Assembly: GCF_000189295.2 (NCBI RefSeq)
Contig: NC_016803.1
Location: forward strand, 2,880,001 to 2,912,000
Source: Pseudodesulfovibrio mercurii
Lineage (GTDB): Bacteria; Desulfobacterota; Desulfovibrionia; Desulfovibrionales; Desulfovibrionaceae
Direction of reading: 5' to 3'
DNA: 32,000 nt
How positions within the stretch are numbered: position 1 is the stretch's first letter; each line of letters opens with the position of its first letter. This document shows positions 1 to 8,448 of the stretch, piece after piece. Under the pieces are notes generated by a model that did no database searches, was not told where the DNA came from, and saw only the letters and a program-made list of their open reading frames with translations. The position numbers and the translations under genes were made by a program.

Positions 1-286
1 GTCTCCCGTGCCCGGCCTTTTTTTGCGACAAAAAAAGACCGTGGCGTTGCATCAGGCAGCCCGGCCGTCCCTGTGACCCATGTCACGCTCTATCCAGAGG
101 GACCCGTGGTTTTCCGTCTCCCGTCCGTGGGAGTTGGCAAATCCGAATCTTCAGCAAAATATAGTATACGCATTCGGTCCCATTTTGACAACCCTGGCGG
201 TTTGGCGCTACTAGCATAGACCCTGCCGCTGAATATTAGTCGGGGTCTCCGAGGGATGCCATTTTTTTAACCGCAAGAGAGAGCAC

Positions 287-1132
287 ATGGGTTACACGAT
301 TCTGAAAAAAGAGGAACTGATCCCGGGCCAGACCACCATGATGGTCATTGAGGCGCCCCAGATCGCCACGAAGGCCAAGCCCGGCAACTTCGTCATGCTC
401 CGCGCCAGCGAGCACGGCGAACGCATCCCCCTGACCATTGCGGACTGCGACCGGGAAAAGGGAACCATCACCATCGTTTACCTGGTCGTCGGCAAGACCA
501 CCGCCGAGATGAACACCCTCAAGGAAGGGGGCGAGTTCGTGGACGTGTGCGGCCCCCTCGGGCGGCCCACCCACATCGAGAAGTCCGGCACCGTGGTCTG
601 CGTGGGCGGCGGCACCGGCATCGCGGCCATGCACCACATCGCCAAGGGCCACGTGGAGGCGGGCAACCGGGTCATCGCCATCATCGGGGCGCGGTCCAAG
701 AACCTGCTCCTGTTCTGCTCCGAACTTTCTTCGTTCTGTCCCGAGGTGCGCATCGCCACCGACGACGGCTCCGAGGGCCACAAGGGGTTCGTCACCGAGG
801 TTCTCAAGGATATCCTCGAGACCGAGGACGAGGTGGCCGAGGTGGTCGCCATCGGCCCGGTGCCCATGATGGAGGCCGTCTGCCGCGTGACCCTGCCCTT
901 CAACGTCAAGACCACCGTGTCGCTGAACTCCATCATGGTGGACGGCATCGGCATGTGCGGCGCGTGCCGCTGCACCGTGGGCGGCAAGACCCTGTTCGCC
1001 TGCGTGGACGGGCCCGAGTTCGACGGCCACCAGGTGGACTTCGCCGAGCTCCGCACCCGGCTGTGGCAGTTCAAGAAGCAGGAGGAGGAATCCATGGAAT
1101 TGTTCAGCAAGGAGTGCCACTGCCATGGCTGA
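287..1132 (+). CDS. nfnA: NfnA-type small subunit of NADH-dependent ferredoxin:NADP+ oxidoreductase / sulfide dehydrogenase family (PyrK-like FAD/NAD(P)-binding domain plus C-terminal 2Fe-2S)
   Basis: 281-aa ORF with GGGTGIAAM nucleotide-binding motif and C-terminal CGACRC...C cluster motif. It has an 8-nt stop/start overlap (ATGGCTGA) with the GltD-like gene that follows. Confidence 0.85.
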   Translation: MGYTILKKEELIPGQTTMMVIEAPQIATKAKPGNFVMLRASEHGERIPLTIADCDREKGTITIVYLVVGKTTAEMNTLKEGGEFVDVCGPLGRPTHIEKSGTVVCVGGGTGIAAMHHIAKGHVEAGNRVIAIIGARSKNLLLFCSELSSFCPEVRIATDDGSEGHKGFVTEVLKDILETEDEVAEVVAIGPVPMMEAVCRVTLPFNVKTTVSLNSIMVDGIGMCGACRCTVGGKTLFACVDGPEFDGHQVDFAELRTRLWQFKKQEEESMELFSKECHCHG

Positions 1133-2540
1133 GAAGAAACAGAAGAAAGTTCGCGGCCGCACCCCCATGCCCCACCAGGACCCCCAGGTCCGGGCCGGTA
1201 ATTTCAGCGAGGTCGCCCTGGGCTACTCCCGCGCCCAGGCCATCCTGGAGGCCGAGCGCTGCCTGCAATGCAAAAAGCCCACCTGCACCGACGGTTGCCC
1301 GGTGAGCATCGACATCAAGGGGTTCATCGCCTGCCTGGTGGACGACGACCTCAAGGGCGCCTACGACGCCATCCGCAAGACCAACTCCCTGCCCGCGGTC
1401 TGCGGCCGGGTCTGCCCCCAGGAGAATCAGTGCGAGGGCAGCTGCATCCTGGGCAAAAAGCACGAGCCCGTGGCCATCGGCCGCCTGGAACGCTACGTGG
1501 CCGACGCCTACGCCGCCGAGTCCGCCTGCGAGGAGGTCACGGACCTGTCCACCTGCGCCCTGGAGCGCGACGACCTCAAGGTCGCCTGCATCGGCTCCGG
1601 CCCGTCCTCCCTGACCGTGGCCGGCTACCTGGCCGGACGCGGCATCAAGGTGGACGTGTACGAGGCCCTGCACGAGCCCGGCGGCGTGCTCATCTACGGC
1701 ATCCCCGAGTTCCGTCTGCCCAAGTCCGTGGTCGCCCGCGAACTGGACGGCCTGCGCAAACTCGGCGTGACCTTCCACACCAACTGGGTGGGCGGCAAGA
1801 CCATCACCATCCAGGACCTGTTCGACCAGGGGTACAACGCCGTCTTCATCGGCGTGGGCGCGGGCTTGCCGCGCTTCCTGAACGTGCCGGGCGAGAACCT
1901 CGTCGGCGTGTTCTCAGCCAACGAATACCTGACCCGCGTCAACCTCGGCCGGGCCTACGACTTCCCCAACCACGACACCCCGGCCTACAAGGCCCGCCGC
2001 GTGGCCGTCATCGGCGCGGGCAACGTGGCCATGGACGCCGCCCGCACCGCCCTGCGCATGGGCGCGGAAGAGGTCTCCATCGTCTACCGGCGCAGCGAGG
2101 ACGAAATGCCCGCCCGCCGCGAGGAGATCGACCACGCCGTGGAGGAGGGCATCCGCATCCGCTGCCTGTGCGGCCCCCTGAGCTTCCACGGCGACAACCA
2201 GGGCCGCCTCAAGGCCATGACCGTGCAGAAGATGGAACTCGGCGAACCCGACGCCTCGGGCCGCTGCGCGCCCGTCTGCCTGGAAGGCGAGACCGAACAG
2301 ATCCCCTGCGGCATGGCCATCATTGCCGTGGGCACCCGGCCCAACCCCATCCTGCTCGAAGCCACCCCGGACCTCAAACTGTCCAAGTGGGGCTACGTGG
2401 AAACCGACCCCGAAACCGGCGAAACCTCCATCCCCAACGTCTTCGCGGGCGGCGACATCGTCACCGGCGCGGCCACCGTCATCTCCGCCATGGGCGCGGG
2501 CCGACGCGCCGCCAAGGCCATCGCCGACCGCCTGCTGTAG
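1125..2540 (+). CDS. nfnB: NfnB / GltD-like large subunit (two 4Fe-4S sites plus FAD and NAD(P) Rossmann folds)
   Basis: 471-aa ORF with CLQCKKPTCTDGCP and CGRVCPQENQCEGSC cluster motifs and two GxGxxG/A folds (IGSGPSSL, IGAGNVAMD). Translationally coupled to nfnA. Confidence 0.85.
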   Translation: MAEKKQKKVRGRTPMPHQDPQVRAGNFSEVALGYSRAQAILEAERCLQCKKPTCTDGCPVSIDIKGFIACLVDDDLKGAYDAIRKTNSLPAVCGRVCPQENQCEGSCILGKKHEPVAIGRLERYVADAYAAESACEEVTDLSTCALERDDLKVACIGSGPSSLTVAGYLAGRGIKVDVYEALHEPGGVLIYGIPEFRLPKSVVARELDGLRKLGVTFHTNWVGGKTITIQDLFDQGYNAVFIGVGAGLPRFLNVPGENLVGVFSANEYLTRVNLGRAYDFPNHDTPAYKARRVAVIGAGNVAMDAARTALRMGAEEVSIVYRRSEDEMPARREEIDHAVEEGIRIRCLCGPLSFHGDNQGRLKAMTVQKMELGEPDASGRCAPVCLEGETEQIPCGMAIIAVGTRPNPILLEATPDLKLSKWGYVETDPETGETSIPNVFAGGDIVTGAATVISAMGAGRRAAKAIADRLL

Positions 2541-2557
2541 CAGGTCCGGCCGCATGT

Positions 2558-2596
2558 AAAAAAAGTCCCCCGCGCGGTGCGTGGGGGACTTTTTTG
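2558..2596. terminator. Bidirectional intrinsic terminator between nfnB and the convergent TAXI gene
   Basis: A7 run, then stem GTCCCCC (2565-2571) paired with GGGGGAC (2583-2589), then T6 (2590-2595). Confidence 0.65.
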
Positions 2597-2598
2597 AT

Positions 2599-2710
2599 GC
2601 CTCCGGCGGCCGGGGGAAGGGGAGGAAAAACCCTTTGAAAAGGGTTTTTCCTCCCCTTCCCCCGGACCCCCATCCCCTCCTTTTCCTAAACTTTTTGGCG
2701 CCGCTTCGCG
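2599..2710 (-). repeat. Family-A intergenic hairpin repeat, copy A1 (inverted orientation)
   Basis: The reverse complement reads CGCGAAGCGGCG..AAAAAGTTTAGGAAA..GGGGGAAGGGGAGGAAAAACCCTT-loop-AAGGGTTTTTCCTCCCCTTCCCCC-GGCCGCCGGAGGC. Nearly identical in layout to copy A4. Confidence 0.85.
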
Positions 2711-2725
2711 GGGTGTCCCCGGTGC

Positions 2726-2772
2726 GCGGCTTTCGATAGCCTGGCGACGTGCGTCAGCCTCAAGAAAAAAGG
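2726..2772 (+). repeat. Family-C short repeat, copy C4
   Basis: GCGGCTTTCGATAGCCTGGCGACGTGCGTC... resembles GCGGCTTCCGATAGCGGnCATCTGCAC at 7407 and 7468. Confidence 0.5.
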
Positions 2773-2816
2773 CAAGCTCTAGAAAAAAGACACAGATGGC
2801 CACACCGCACGGCCTC

Positions 2817-2900
2817 CGCGAAGCGGCGATAAAAAGTTCTGGAAGGGGAGTCCAGAGGGGGAACCTCTTTCAAGAGGTTCCCCCTCTGGCCGCCGGAGGC
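2817..2900 (+). repeat. Family-A intergenic hairpin repeat, copy A2
   Basis: CGCGAAGCGGCGATAAAAAGTT..., near-perfect palindrome 2852-2889 (CCAGAGGGGGAACCTCTT / AAGAGGTTCCCCCTCTGG), then GGCCGCCGGAGGC. Lies just 3' of the minus-strand TAXI gene. Confidence 0.85.
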
Positions 2901-2927
2901 ATTCCTCTCAGCCTGTCGGAATGCCGG

Positions 2928-4280
2928 TTATTCCAGGGGCGAGGGACTTTCCTCGCCGATCAGCTTTTCCAGTCGTTGCCGGATCATGCGGATGTGCAGG
3001 CGCAGGGAGTAGATGTAGTCGGTGTAGGACAGGGGCACGGAGGTTTCGAGGACGAGGCGGTCCATTTTTTCGAGTTGGGCGAGCATGTCCACGGCCTCGG
3101 CCGGGTCGGTCAGGTCGTAGGCGTGCATGTCCAGTTTCTTGAGCTGCTTGTACCATTTGAAGATGCGCCGCCGGATCTGCCAGCGGTAGGCGGGCGGGGT
3201 GATCTTGAACAGCGGGAAGAGCAGGGTCAGCAGCGGGATGAGCAGGATCTTGAGCCGTTCCACGGTGATGGCCGCCTGGAAGGGCAGGTAGCGCATGAGG
3301 AAGGGCGGGCCGGACTTGTAGAAGTTCCGGGCCTCGTCGCTCAGGGGGAAGAGCACGGCCTGGGCGTTGGGGAACTGGTTCGCGGCGGCGAACATGTCGC
3401 CCTTGCCGTGGACCTTGGCCGCGGCCAGGAGGAAGAGGTAGCGCAGGGCCGGGTGCAGGTCGTCGCGGATGACCAGGTTGGCCGAGGGCGCGAGCAGGGT
3501 CACGTCATGGGCGGGCAGGTCGCGCATGAGGTCGATGCCGCCCTGGGGCAGGGTCAGTTTCTCCAGGTAGCGGTGGGTGCGCGCGTAGGTCTCGGCCCGG
3601 TGGAAGGAGTACAGGTTCACCTGTTTGTGCGCCTCGCTCAGGGTGCGCACGGCCTGGGAGTTGACTCCGGCGATGACGAACAGGGCGTCGATCTTGCGGT
3701 CGAGCAGGTCGGGCACGGCCAAGTCCGTGCCTTCGGCCATGAGCAGGGCGGTTTCCGGGGTGACGCCGTTCTCGTCGAGCAGTTGGCGGACCAGGTGGCT
3801 GGTGCCGCTGCCCTCGGCCCCGACCGCGACGCGGCGGCCCTTGAGGTCGGCCAGGGTCTTGAGCCGGAGGCGCTTGGAGGTGAACAGCCAGACCGGCTCG
3901 TAGTACAGGGAGCCGAGGCTCTCCAGGTCCGGGTGTTCCTCGGGGGTGGTGATGCCGCCCTGCATGAACGCGGCCTGGACCCCGGCGTCCGGGTTTTCGA
4001 GGATGGCCAGGTTGTCCATGGACCCCTTGGAGGTGCGCACCTCGAGCTCGAAGCCGTGTTCCTTGAAAAACTCGGCGTACTGCTTGGCGAAGGCGTAGTA
4101 GGCCCCGCCCTCGCCGCCGGTGACCATGACCACCTTGTCTGGGGGCAGGGGCTTGACGAACTGGAAGGTCACCCACAGTGCCAGGGCGAGCACGCCCAGG
4201 GCCGCGCCGTAAATAAGGAACGACATGAGCACGTGGGAGCGCAGGAATTTGACGAGGCTGTTCAGATATGGATTTCGCAT
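2928..4280 (-). CDS. TAXI-family TRAP-type solute-binding protein with an N-terminal TM anchor, a C-terminal TM segment and a helical cytoplasmic tail
   Basis: Only the C-terminal 450 aa of the 747-aa track ORF. Start chosen at ATG 4280 (MRNPYLNSL...). TAXI signature VTGGEGGAYYAFAKQY...TSKGSMDNL. Hydrophobic segments LMSFLIYGAALGVLALALWV and LKILLIPLLTLLFPLF. The start is uncertain; ATG at 4343 is an alternative. Confidence 0.75.
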   Translation of the reverse strand: MRNPYLNSLVKFLRSHVLMSFLIYGAALGVLALALWVTFQFVKPLPPDKVVMVTGGEGGAYYAFAKQYAEFFKEHGFELEVRTSKGSMDNLAILENPDAGVQAAFMQGGITTPEEHPDLESLGSLYYEPVWLFTSKRLRLKTLADLKGRRVAVGAEGSGTSHLVRQLLDENGVTPETALLMAEGTDLAVPDLLDRKIDALFVIAGVNSQAVRTLSEAHKQVNLYSFHRAETYARTHRYLEKLTLPQGGIDLMRDLPAHDVTLLAPSANLVIRDDLHPALRYLFLLAAAKVHGKGDMFAAANQFPNAQAVLFPLSDEARNFYKSGPPFLMRYLPFQAAITVERLKILLIPLLTLLFPLFKITPPAYRWQIRRRIFKWYKQLKKLDMHAYDLTDPAEAVDMLAQLEKMDRLVLETSVPLSYTDYIYSLRLHIRMIRQRLEKLIGEESPSPLE

Positions 4281-4448
4281 GAGGATAGAATGTAGAGAAA
4301 AGCCGTTCCAGCGGCAAGACGGCAAATGCAGTTTTCGGCACATCGTCACCGATCCGGTACGCGCGGCCTCCTTGCGAAGTGCGGGAAATATGGGTAGGGA
4401 TGGAGGAGTGTTGGAGTTTTCCGCCACGCAACCCGGACCGGAAAGGCC

Positions 4449-5321
4449 ATGCCCAGGCTCAAGACGCTGCTCATCCACCCCGACCCCGAGGTCCGCACGG
4501 CCCTGCGCGACGTGCTCGAGGAGGTCCCCTTTGTCCAGGTCCTGGGCGAGGCGGTCTCGGCCTTCGAGGCGCTCGAACTGCTCGAGGCCATCCCCTACGG
4601 GGTGTTCTTCGTGGGCGTGGAGCTGCCGGGCGGGGCGAGCGGCATCGAGATGGCCCAGATGCTCGCCGGGCGCAGGAACAAGCCCGCCCTGGTGTTCATC
4701 TCCGGGTCCGAGACCCAGGCCTACGCCGCCTTCGAGCTGGGGGCCACGGATTACCTGCTCTGGCCGCCCGCGCCGGGACGCATGGCCCGGACCATGGACC
4801 GCATCCAGACCTTCAAGACGCGCTTCCGCGAGGTCCCGCCCCCGGTGCCCTATCCCGAAGACCCGGACGACGAGCCGGACGAGGACGGCGAGCAGACCGT
4901 GAAGCTGCCCCTGCCCGAGGAGGAGCAGGATTCCTTCCTGGCCGCGCTCCAGGCCGCCTGGGACCAGACCACCGGGCGCAGGCCCGAGATCGACAAGCTG
5001 GCCGTGAACCAGGACGGCCGGACCATCCTCATCCCCTACGACCAGATCATCTTCGTCGAGGCCTTCGAGGACTATTCCTACGTGCACACGGCCAACCAGA
5101 AATTTCTCTCCTCCTACCGGCTCAAGAACCTGGAGGACCGGCTCGGGCCGCACCGCTTCTTCCGCGTGCACCGCAAGTACCTGGTCAACCTCGACATGGT
5201 CACCGAGATCGCGTCCATGCCCGGCTCCAACTTCATGTTGCGCACGGCCGGACGCACGCGCATCGAGCTGCCCATCAGCCGGCGGCGCATCGCCGAGCTG
5301 AAGAAGATCATCGGGCTGTGA
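4449..5321 (+). CDS. LytTR-family DNA-binding regulator with a degenerate (pseudo) receiver domain
   Basis: 290 aa. N-terminal CheY-like fold, acidic/Pro-rich linker, and a C-terminal LytTR domain (ILIPYDQIIFVEAFEDYSYVHT...FFRVHRKYLVNL). RBS GGAAAGG lies upstream. Confidence 0.85.
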   Translation: MPRLKTLLIHPDPEVRTALRDVLEEVPFVQVLGEAVSAFEALELLEAIPYGVFFVGVELPGGASGIEMAQMLAGRRNKPALVFISGSETQAYAAFELGATDYLLWPPAPGRMARTMDRIQTFKTRFREVPPPVPYPEDPDDEPDEDGEQTVKLPLPEEEQDSFLAALQAAWDQTTGRRPEIDKLAVNQDGRTILIPYDQIIFVEAFEDYSYVHTANQKFLSSYRLKNLEDRLGPHRFFRVHRKYLVNLDMVTEIASMPGSNFMLRTAGRTRIELPISRRRIAELKKIIGL

Positions 5322-5481
5322 GGAGAGGGGTTCGACATCCGGGCCGGGCCGTGGCGGACGGTCCGACCGTTCAACCCGTCCCTGCGACCGCTGGCCGAAT
5401 AAGCCGGGAGTTGCGGGACGGACGTGCTATGAATGAGGCTCGCAAAATCGGGTTTCCCGGTTGATCCTGCGAGGAGGACAT

Positions 5482-7398
5482 ATGGACCAGTCAGGCGCAA
5501 TAGACAATTTACTGCAGGAGGAACGGGTCTTTCGCCCGCTCCCGCAATTGGTCATCGAAGCCAACGTCAATCCCCAGGAGCTGGAGGGGGCGCGCAGGTT
5601 CGCGGCCATGGACCCGGCCGGGTACTGGGAGGAGGCCGCCGACGAGCTGGACTGGTTCAAGAAGTGGGACCAGGTCCTGGACGACAAGGACGCGCCCTTC
5701 TACCGCTGGTTCCCCGGCGCGCGCTGCAACATCGTCTACAACGCCCTGGACCGGCACATCGAGACCGCCAACAAGAACAAGCTCGCGCTCATCTGGGAAG
5801 GGGAGCCGGGCGACCAGCGCAAGTACACCTATTTCGAGCTCTACCGCGAGGTCAACCGCTTCGCCAACGCCCTGCGGAGCTTGGGCGTGCGCAAGGGCGA
5901 CCGCGTGATCATCTACATGCCGCCCCTGCCCGAGACGGTCATCGCCATGCTCGCCTCGGCCAAGATCGGCGCGGTGCACTCCGTGGTCTTCGCCGGGTTT
6001 TCGGCCAAGGCCCTCAGAAAACGCATCAACGACGCCCAGGCCAAGCTGCTGATCACCTCGGACGGCTTCTACCGCAACGGCCGGATCATCAGCCTCAAGG
6101 AGACCGCGGACGAGGCCCTGGTCGGGGCCTGCGCCGACTGCGTGGAGGCCATGGTCGTGGTCCGGCGCTGCAACATCCACGTGGACATGGTCGACGGCCG
6201 CGACTTCCAGTACGAGGACCTGGTCCGCCAGGAGCGCAACGAGGCCCCCACCGAGGTCATGGACGCGGACGACCCGCTCTTCCTGCTCTACACCTCCGGG
6301 ACCACGGGCACGCCCAAGGGCGTGGTCCACTCCCACGCGGGCTACATGGTCGGCGTGCACCGCACCCTGACCACGGTCTTCGACATCAAGCCCACGGACA
6401 TTTTCTGGTGCACGGCCGATCCCGGCTGGGTCACGGGCCACTCGGCGGGCATCTACGGCCCGCTCATGGCCGGGACCACCTCGGTCATGTACGAGGGGCA
6501 CCCCAACTACCCCCAGGCCGACCGCCTGTGGTCCGTGGTGGCCAAGTACGGGGTGACCATCTTCTACTCCGCGCCGACCATGATCCGCATGCTCATGCGC
6601 TTCGGCACCCAGTATCCCAAGCAGCACGACCTCTCGTCCCTGCGTCTGCTCGGCTCCGTGGGCGAACCCATCTCGCCCGAGGCGTGGATCTGGCTGTACA
6701 AGAACATCGGCCGCTCCGAATGCCCGGTGCTCGACACCTGGTGGCAGACCGAGACCGGCATGTTCATGATCTCGCCCCTGCCCATCTCCGTGCTCAAGCC
6801 CGGCTCCGTGACCAAGGCCCTGCCCGGCGTGGAGGTGGACGTGGTGGACAGGGACGGCAAACCCGTGCCGCCCGGCAAGGGCGGGCTGCTCGTGGTCACC
6901 CAGCCCTGGCCGTCCATGATGACCGGCCTGTGGAACGACGACGACCGCTACAAGGAATACTGGACCCGGATTCCCGGCGTCTATTACGCGGGCGACGTGG
7001 CCCGCAGGGACGAGGACGGCTACATCTGGATTCAGGGTCGCGCCGACGACGTCATCAACATCGCGGGCCACCGCATCGGCTCGGCCGAGCTGGAGGCCGC
7101 CTTCGGCGTGCACCCGGCCGTGAACGAGTGCGCGGTCATCGGCGTGCCCGACCAGATCAAGGGCGAGGCCGCCAAGGCCTTCGTCCTGCTCAACGACGGT
7201 TTCCAGCCGGGCGACGAACTGATCAAGGAACTGAAAAAGACCATCCGCAACGAACTCGGCCCTGTGGCCGTCATCAAGTCCATCGAGTTCCGCGACTCCC
7301 TGCCCAAGACCCGGTCCGGCAAGCTCATGCGCCGCGTGCTCAAGGCCGAGGAAAACGGTTTTGAGTTAGGCGACCTGACAGGATTGGACGAGGATTGA
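5482..7398 (+). CDS. acs: Acetyl-CoA synthetase (AMP-forming)
   Basis: 638 aa from ATG 5482, with RBS GAGGAGG at 5471-5477; the track's 5461 start is a TTG. AMP-binding motif [11 protein letters not shown] and C-terminal [11 protein letters not shown] catalytic/acetylatable Lys motif. Confidence 0.92.
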   Translation: MDQSGAIDNLLQEERVFRPLPQLVIEANVNPQELEGARRFAAMDPAGYWEEAADELDWFKKWDQVLDDKDAPFYRWFPGARCNIVYNALDRHIETANKNKLALIWEGEPGDQRKYTYFELYREVNRFANALRSLGVRKGDRVIIYMPPLPETVIAMLASAKIGAVHSVVFAGFSAKALRKRINDAQAKLLITSDGFYRNGRIISLKETADEALVGACADCVEAMVVVRRCNIHVDMVDGRDFQYEDLVRQERNEAPTEVMDADDPLFLLYTSGTTGTPKGVVHSHAGYMVGVHRTLTTVFDIKPTDIFWCTADPGWVTGHSAGIYGPLMAGTTSVMYEGHPNYPQADRLWSVVAKYGVTIFYSAPTMIRMLMRFGTQYPKQHDLSSLRLLGSVGEPISPEAWIWLYKNIGRSECPVLDTWWQTETGMFMISPLPISVLKPGSVTKALPGVEVDVVDRDGKPVPPGKGGLLVVTQPWPSMMTGLWNDDDRYKEYWTRIPGVYYAGDVARRDEDGYIWIQGRADDVINIAGHRIGSAELEAAFGVHPAVNECAVIGVPDQIKGEAAKAFVLLNDGFQPGDELIKELKKTIRNELGPVAVIKSIEFRDSLPKTRSGKLMRRVLKAEENGFELGDLTGLDED

Positions 7399-7406
7399 TA
7401 CGGAGG

Positions 7407-7592
7407 GCGGCTTCCGATAGCGGCTCATCTGCACATTTTTTCCGAGGGTGTGGCCTTCGGAAGTGAAGCGGCTTCCGATAGCGGGCCATCTGCACATTTT
7501 TTCCCGGGGGCTTCCATCCTCACGTATGCCGCAATACGCTGCGGTGAAAGCCCCCAGGAAGAAAATGCACAGCTGACCCACTCTCGAAAGCC
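7407..7592. repeat. Family-C repeats: two direct copies (7407-7447, 7468-7510) and one inverted partial copy (7557-7592)
   Basis: GCGGCTTCCGATAGCGG(C/G)(T/C)CATCTGCACATTTTTTCC occurs twice. The reverse complement of 7557-7592 (GGCTTTCGAGAGTGGGTCAGCTGTGCATTTTCTTCC) is a diverged copy. Confidence 0.75.
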
Positions 7593-7619
7593 TATTCCGA
7601 GGGCGAGAGTGCGTCGGGT

Positions 7620-7663
7620 GAGAGCCGCTGTCGGGTGGCTGCGCCGCCCGAATCGCTCCAGGG
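7620..7663 (+). repeat. Family-B short hairpin repeat, copy B1
   Basis: GAGAGCCGCTGTCGGGTGGCTGCGCCGCCCGAATCGCTCCAGGG. Same frame sequence as the copies at 20379 and 25030. Confidence 0.75.
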
Positions 7664-7724
7664 AAGATGAAGACAGGGCCTTTGACTCGGTGGTGGGTCG
7701 GAGGCCTTTTGTTATGAATTGCCC

Positions 7725-7805
7725 CGCGAAGCGGCGATAAAAAGTTTGGAAGGGGGGTCCAGGGGGGAAACTTTTTCAAAAGTTTCCCCCCTGGCCGCCG
7801 GAGGC
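7725..7805 (+). repeat. Family-A intergenic hairpin repeat, copy A3
   Basis: CGCGAAGCGGCGATAAAAAGTTT..., palindrome 7759-7794 (CCAGGGGGGAAACTTTT / AAAAGTTTCCCCCCTGG), then GGCCGCCGGAGGC. Lies just 3' of the minus-strand LUD gene. Confidence 0.85.
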
Positions 7806-7815
7806 ATTCTTGCTT

Positions 7816-8448
7816 CTACAGGCCCAGATTCTGGTTGATCAGGATCACCTTGATCCGGCCTTTGGGCCAGCTCTTTTCGGTGATCGTCCAGACGTTGCAG
7901 ATGCGCTCCGGGGAGTTGCAGTCCATGCACCGGCCGGTCTTGGCGCAGGGGGTTTTGGCGTGGTGGCGGGCCGCGTTCCGGGGGGCGGCGATCTCGCGGA
8001 CGCGGCGGCGGGCGGCTTCCTCGTGATCCACGATCTTGTTCACGCCCACGGTCAGGATGACGTGTTCCGGGCCGAAGACGATGCCGCCCACGCGGTTGCC
8101 GACCATGTCGAGGTTGACCAGCTTGCCGGTGCGCGTGACCGCGTTGGTGCCGGTCAGGAACAGGTCGGCTGTCAGGGCCCGTTTCCGCCGCCGGATGATC
8201 TCGGGCCGGTCCACGCCTTTTCCGAAGGTCTCGATGAACTCGATGGCCGGGTCGGTGCGCAGCGCGTCGAGCACGCCGGTGGCGGCCAGGGTCATGGAGT
8301 CGCCGAAGGACACCACCCTGGGGGCGATGTCCGGCAGCAGCTCGCAGAGGATGAGTTCCCTGGCCCCGGCCGCGTCGGGCGCGGAATAGGCCTTGAAGCC
8401 GTTGGTCCGGAGCGCCTCCATGGTCTCCCTGAGTATGTCGCCGTGCAT
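7816..8448 (-). CDS. LUD-domain (DUF162 / LutC-like) protein
   Basis: 210 aa from ATG 8448, with RBS GGGAGGGG upstream. FLTGTNAVTRTGKLVNLDMVGNRVGGIVFGPEHVILTVGVNKIV is typical of LUD domains. The C-terminus is Cys-rich. Confidence 0.75.
   Translation of the reverse strand: MHGDILRETMEALRTNGFKAYSAPDAAGARELILCELLPDIAPRVVSFGDSMTLAATGVLDALRTDPAIEFIETFGKGVDRPEIIRRRKRALTADLFLTGTNAVTRTGKLVNLDMVGNRVGGIVFGPEHVILTVGVNKIVDHEEAARRRVREIAAPRNAARHHAKTPCAKTGRCMDCNSPERICNVWTITEKSWPKGRIKVILINQNLGL

Noticed and set aside
134-214. Promoter candidates upstream of nfnA (TTGGCA at 134-139 and TTGACA at 185-190), including a sigma54-like TGGCA
   Set aside because: The -10 partners are poor (AAATAT, TACTAG) and the sigma54 -12 element (TTGC) is missing. 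This is too weak to report as a feature without TSS data.
2599-2900. Possibility that the recurring hairpin repeats form a CRISPR array
   Set aside because: Copies are scattered at 2.6, 2.8, 7.7 and 27.9 kb in both orientations. They are not tandem, have no regular unique spacers, and differ in stem sequence. No cas genes are present.
4281-5171. The N-terminal 297 aa of the 747-aa minus-strand track ORF 2928..5171
   Set aside because: This part is antisense to the well-supported LytTR regulator gene and is low-complexity (Gly/Arg/Leu/Val/Glu-rich) with no domain signature. The TAXI homology and the signal anchor begin at the internal Met (4280). I treat it as an open shadow frame in high-GC DNA.
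5325-5345. tRNA-like T-loop motif GGTTCGACATCC downstream of the LytTR gene
   Set aside because: The flanks cannot form a T-stem, and no acceptor or anticodon arms can be drawn. It is not a tRNA.
5509-7113. Long antisense ORFs opposite real genes: 236..1168(-), 2796..4295(+), 5509..7113(-), 11015..12445(-), 14950..16134(-), 15962..17653(-), 18430..20118(+), 23504..24937(-), 25014..26174(+), 28096..30330(+), 30725..31504(-), and the out-of-frame same-strand ORFs
   Set aside because: All overlap genes with clear family motifs on the other strand or in another frame. Their translations are dominated by Gly/Arg/Ala/Pro/Val/His runs typical of stop-poor frames in GC-rich sequence.
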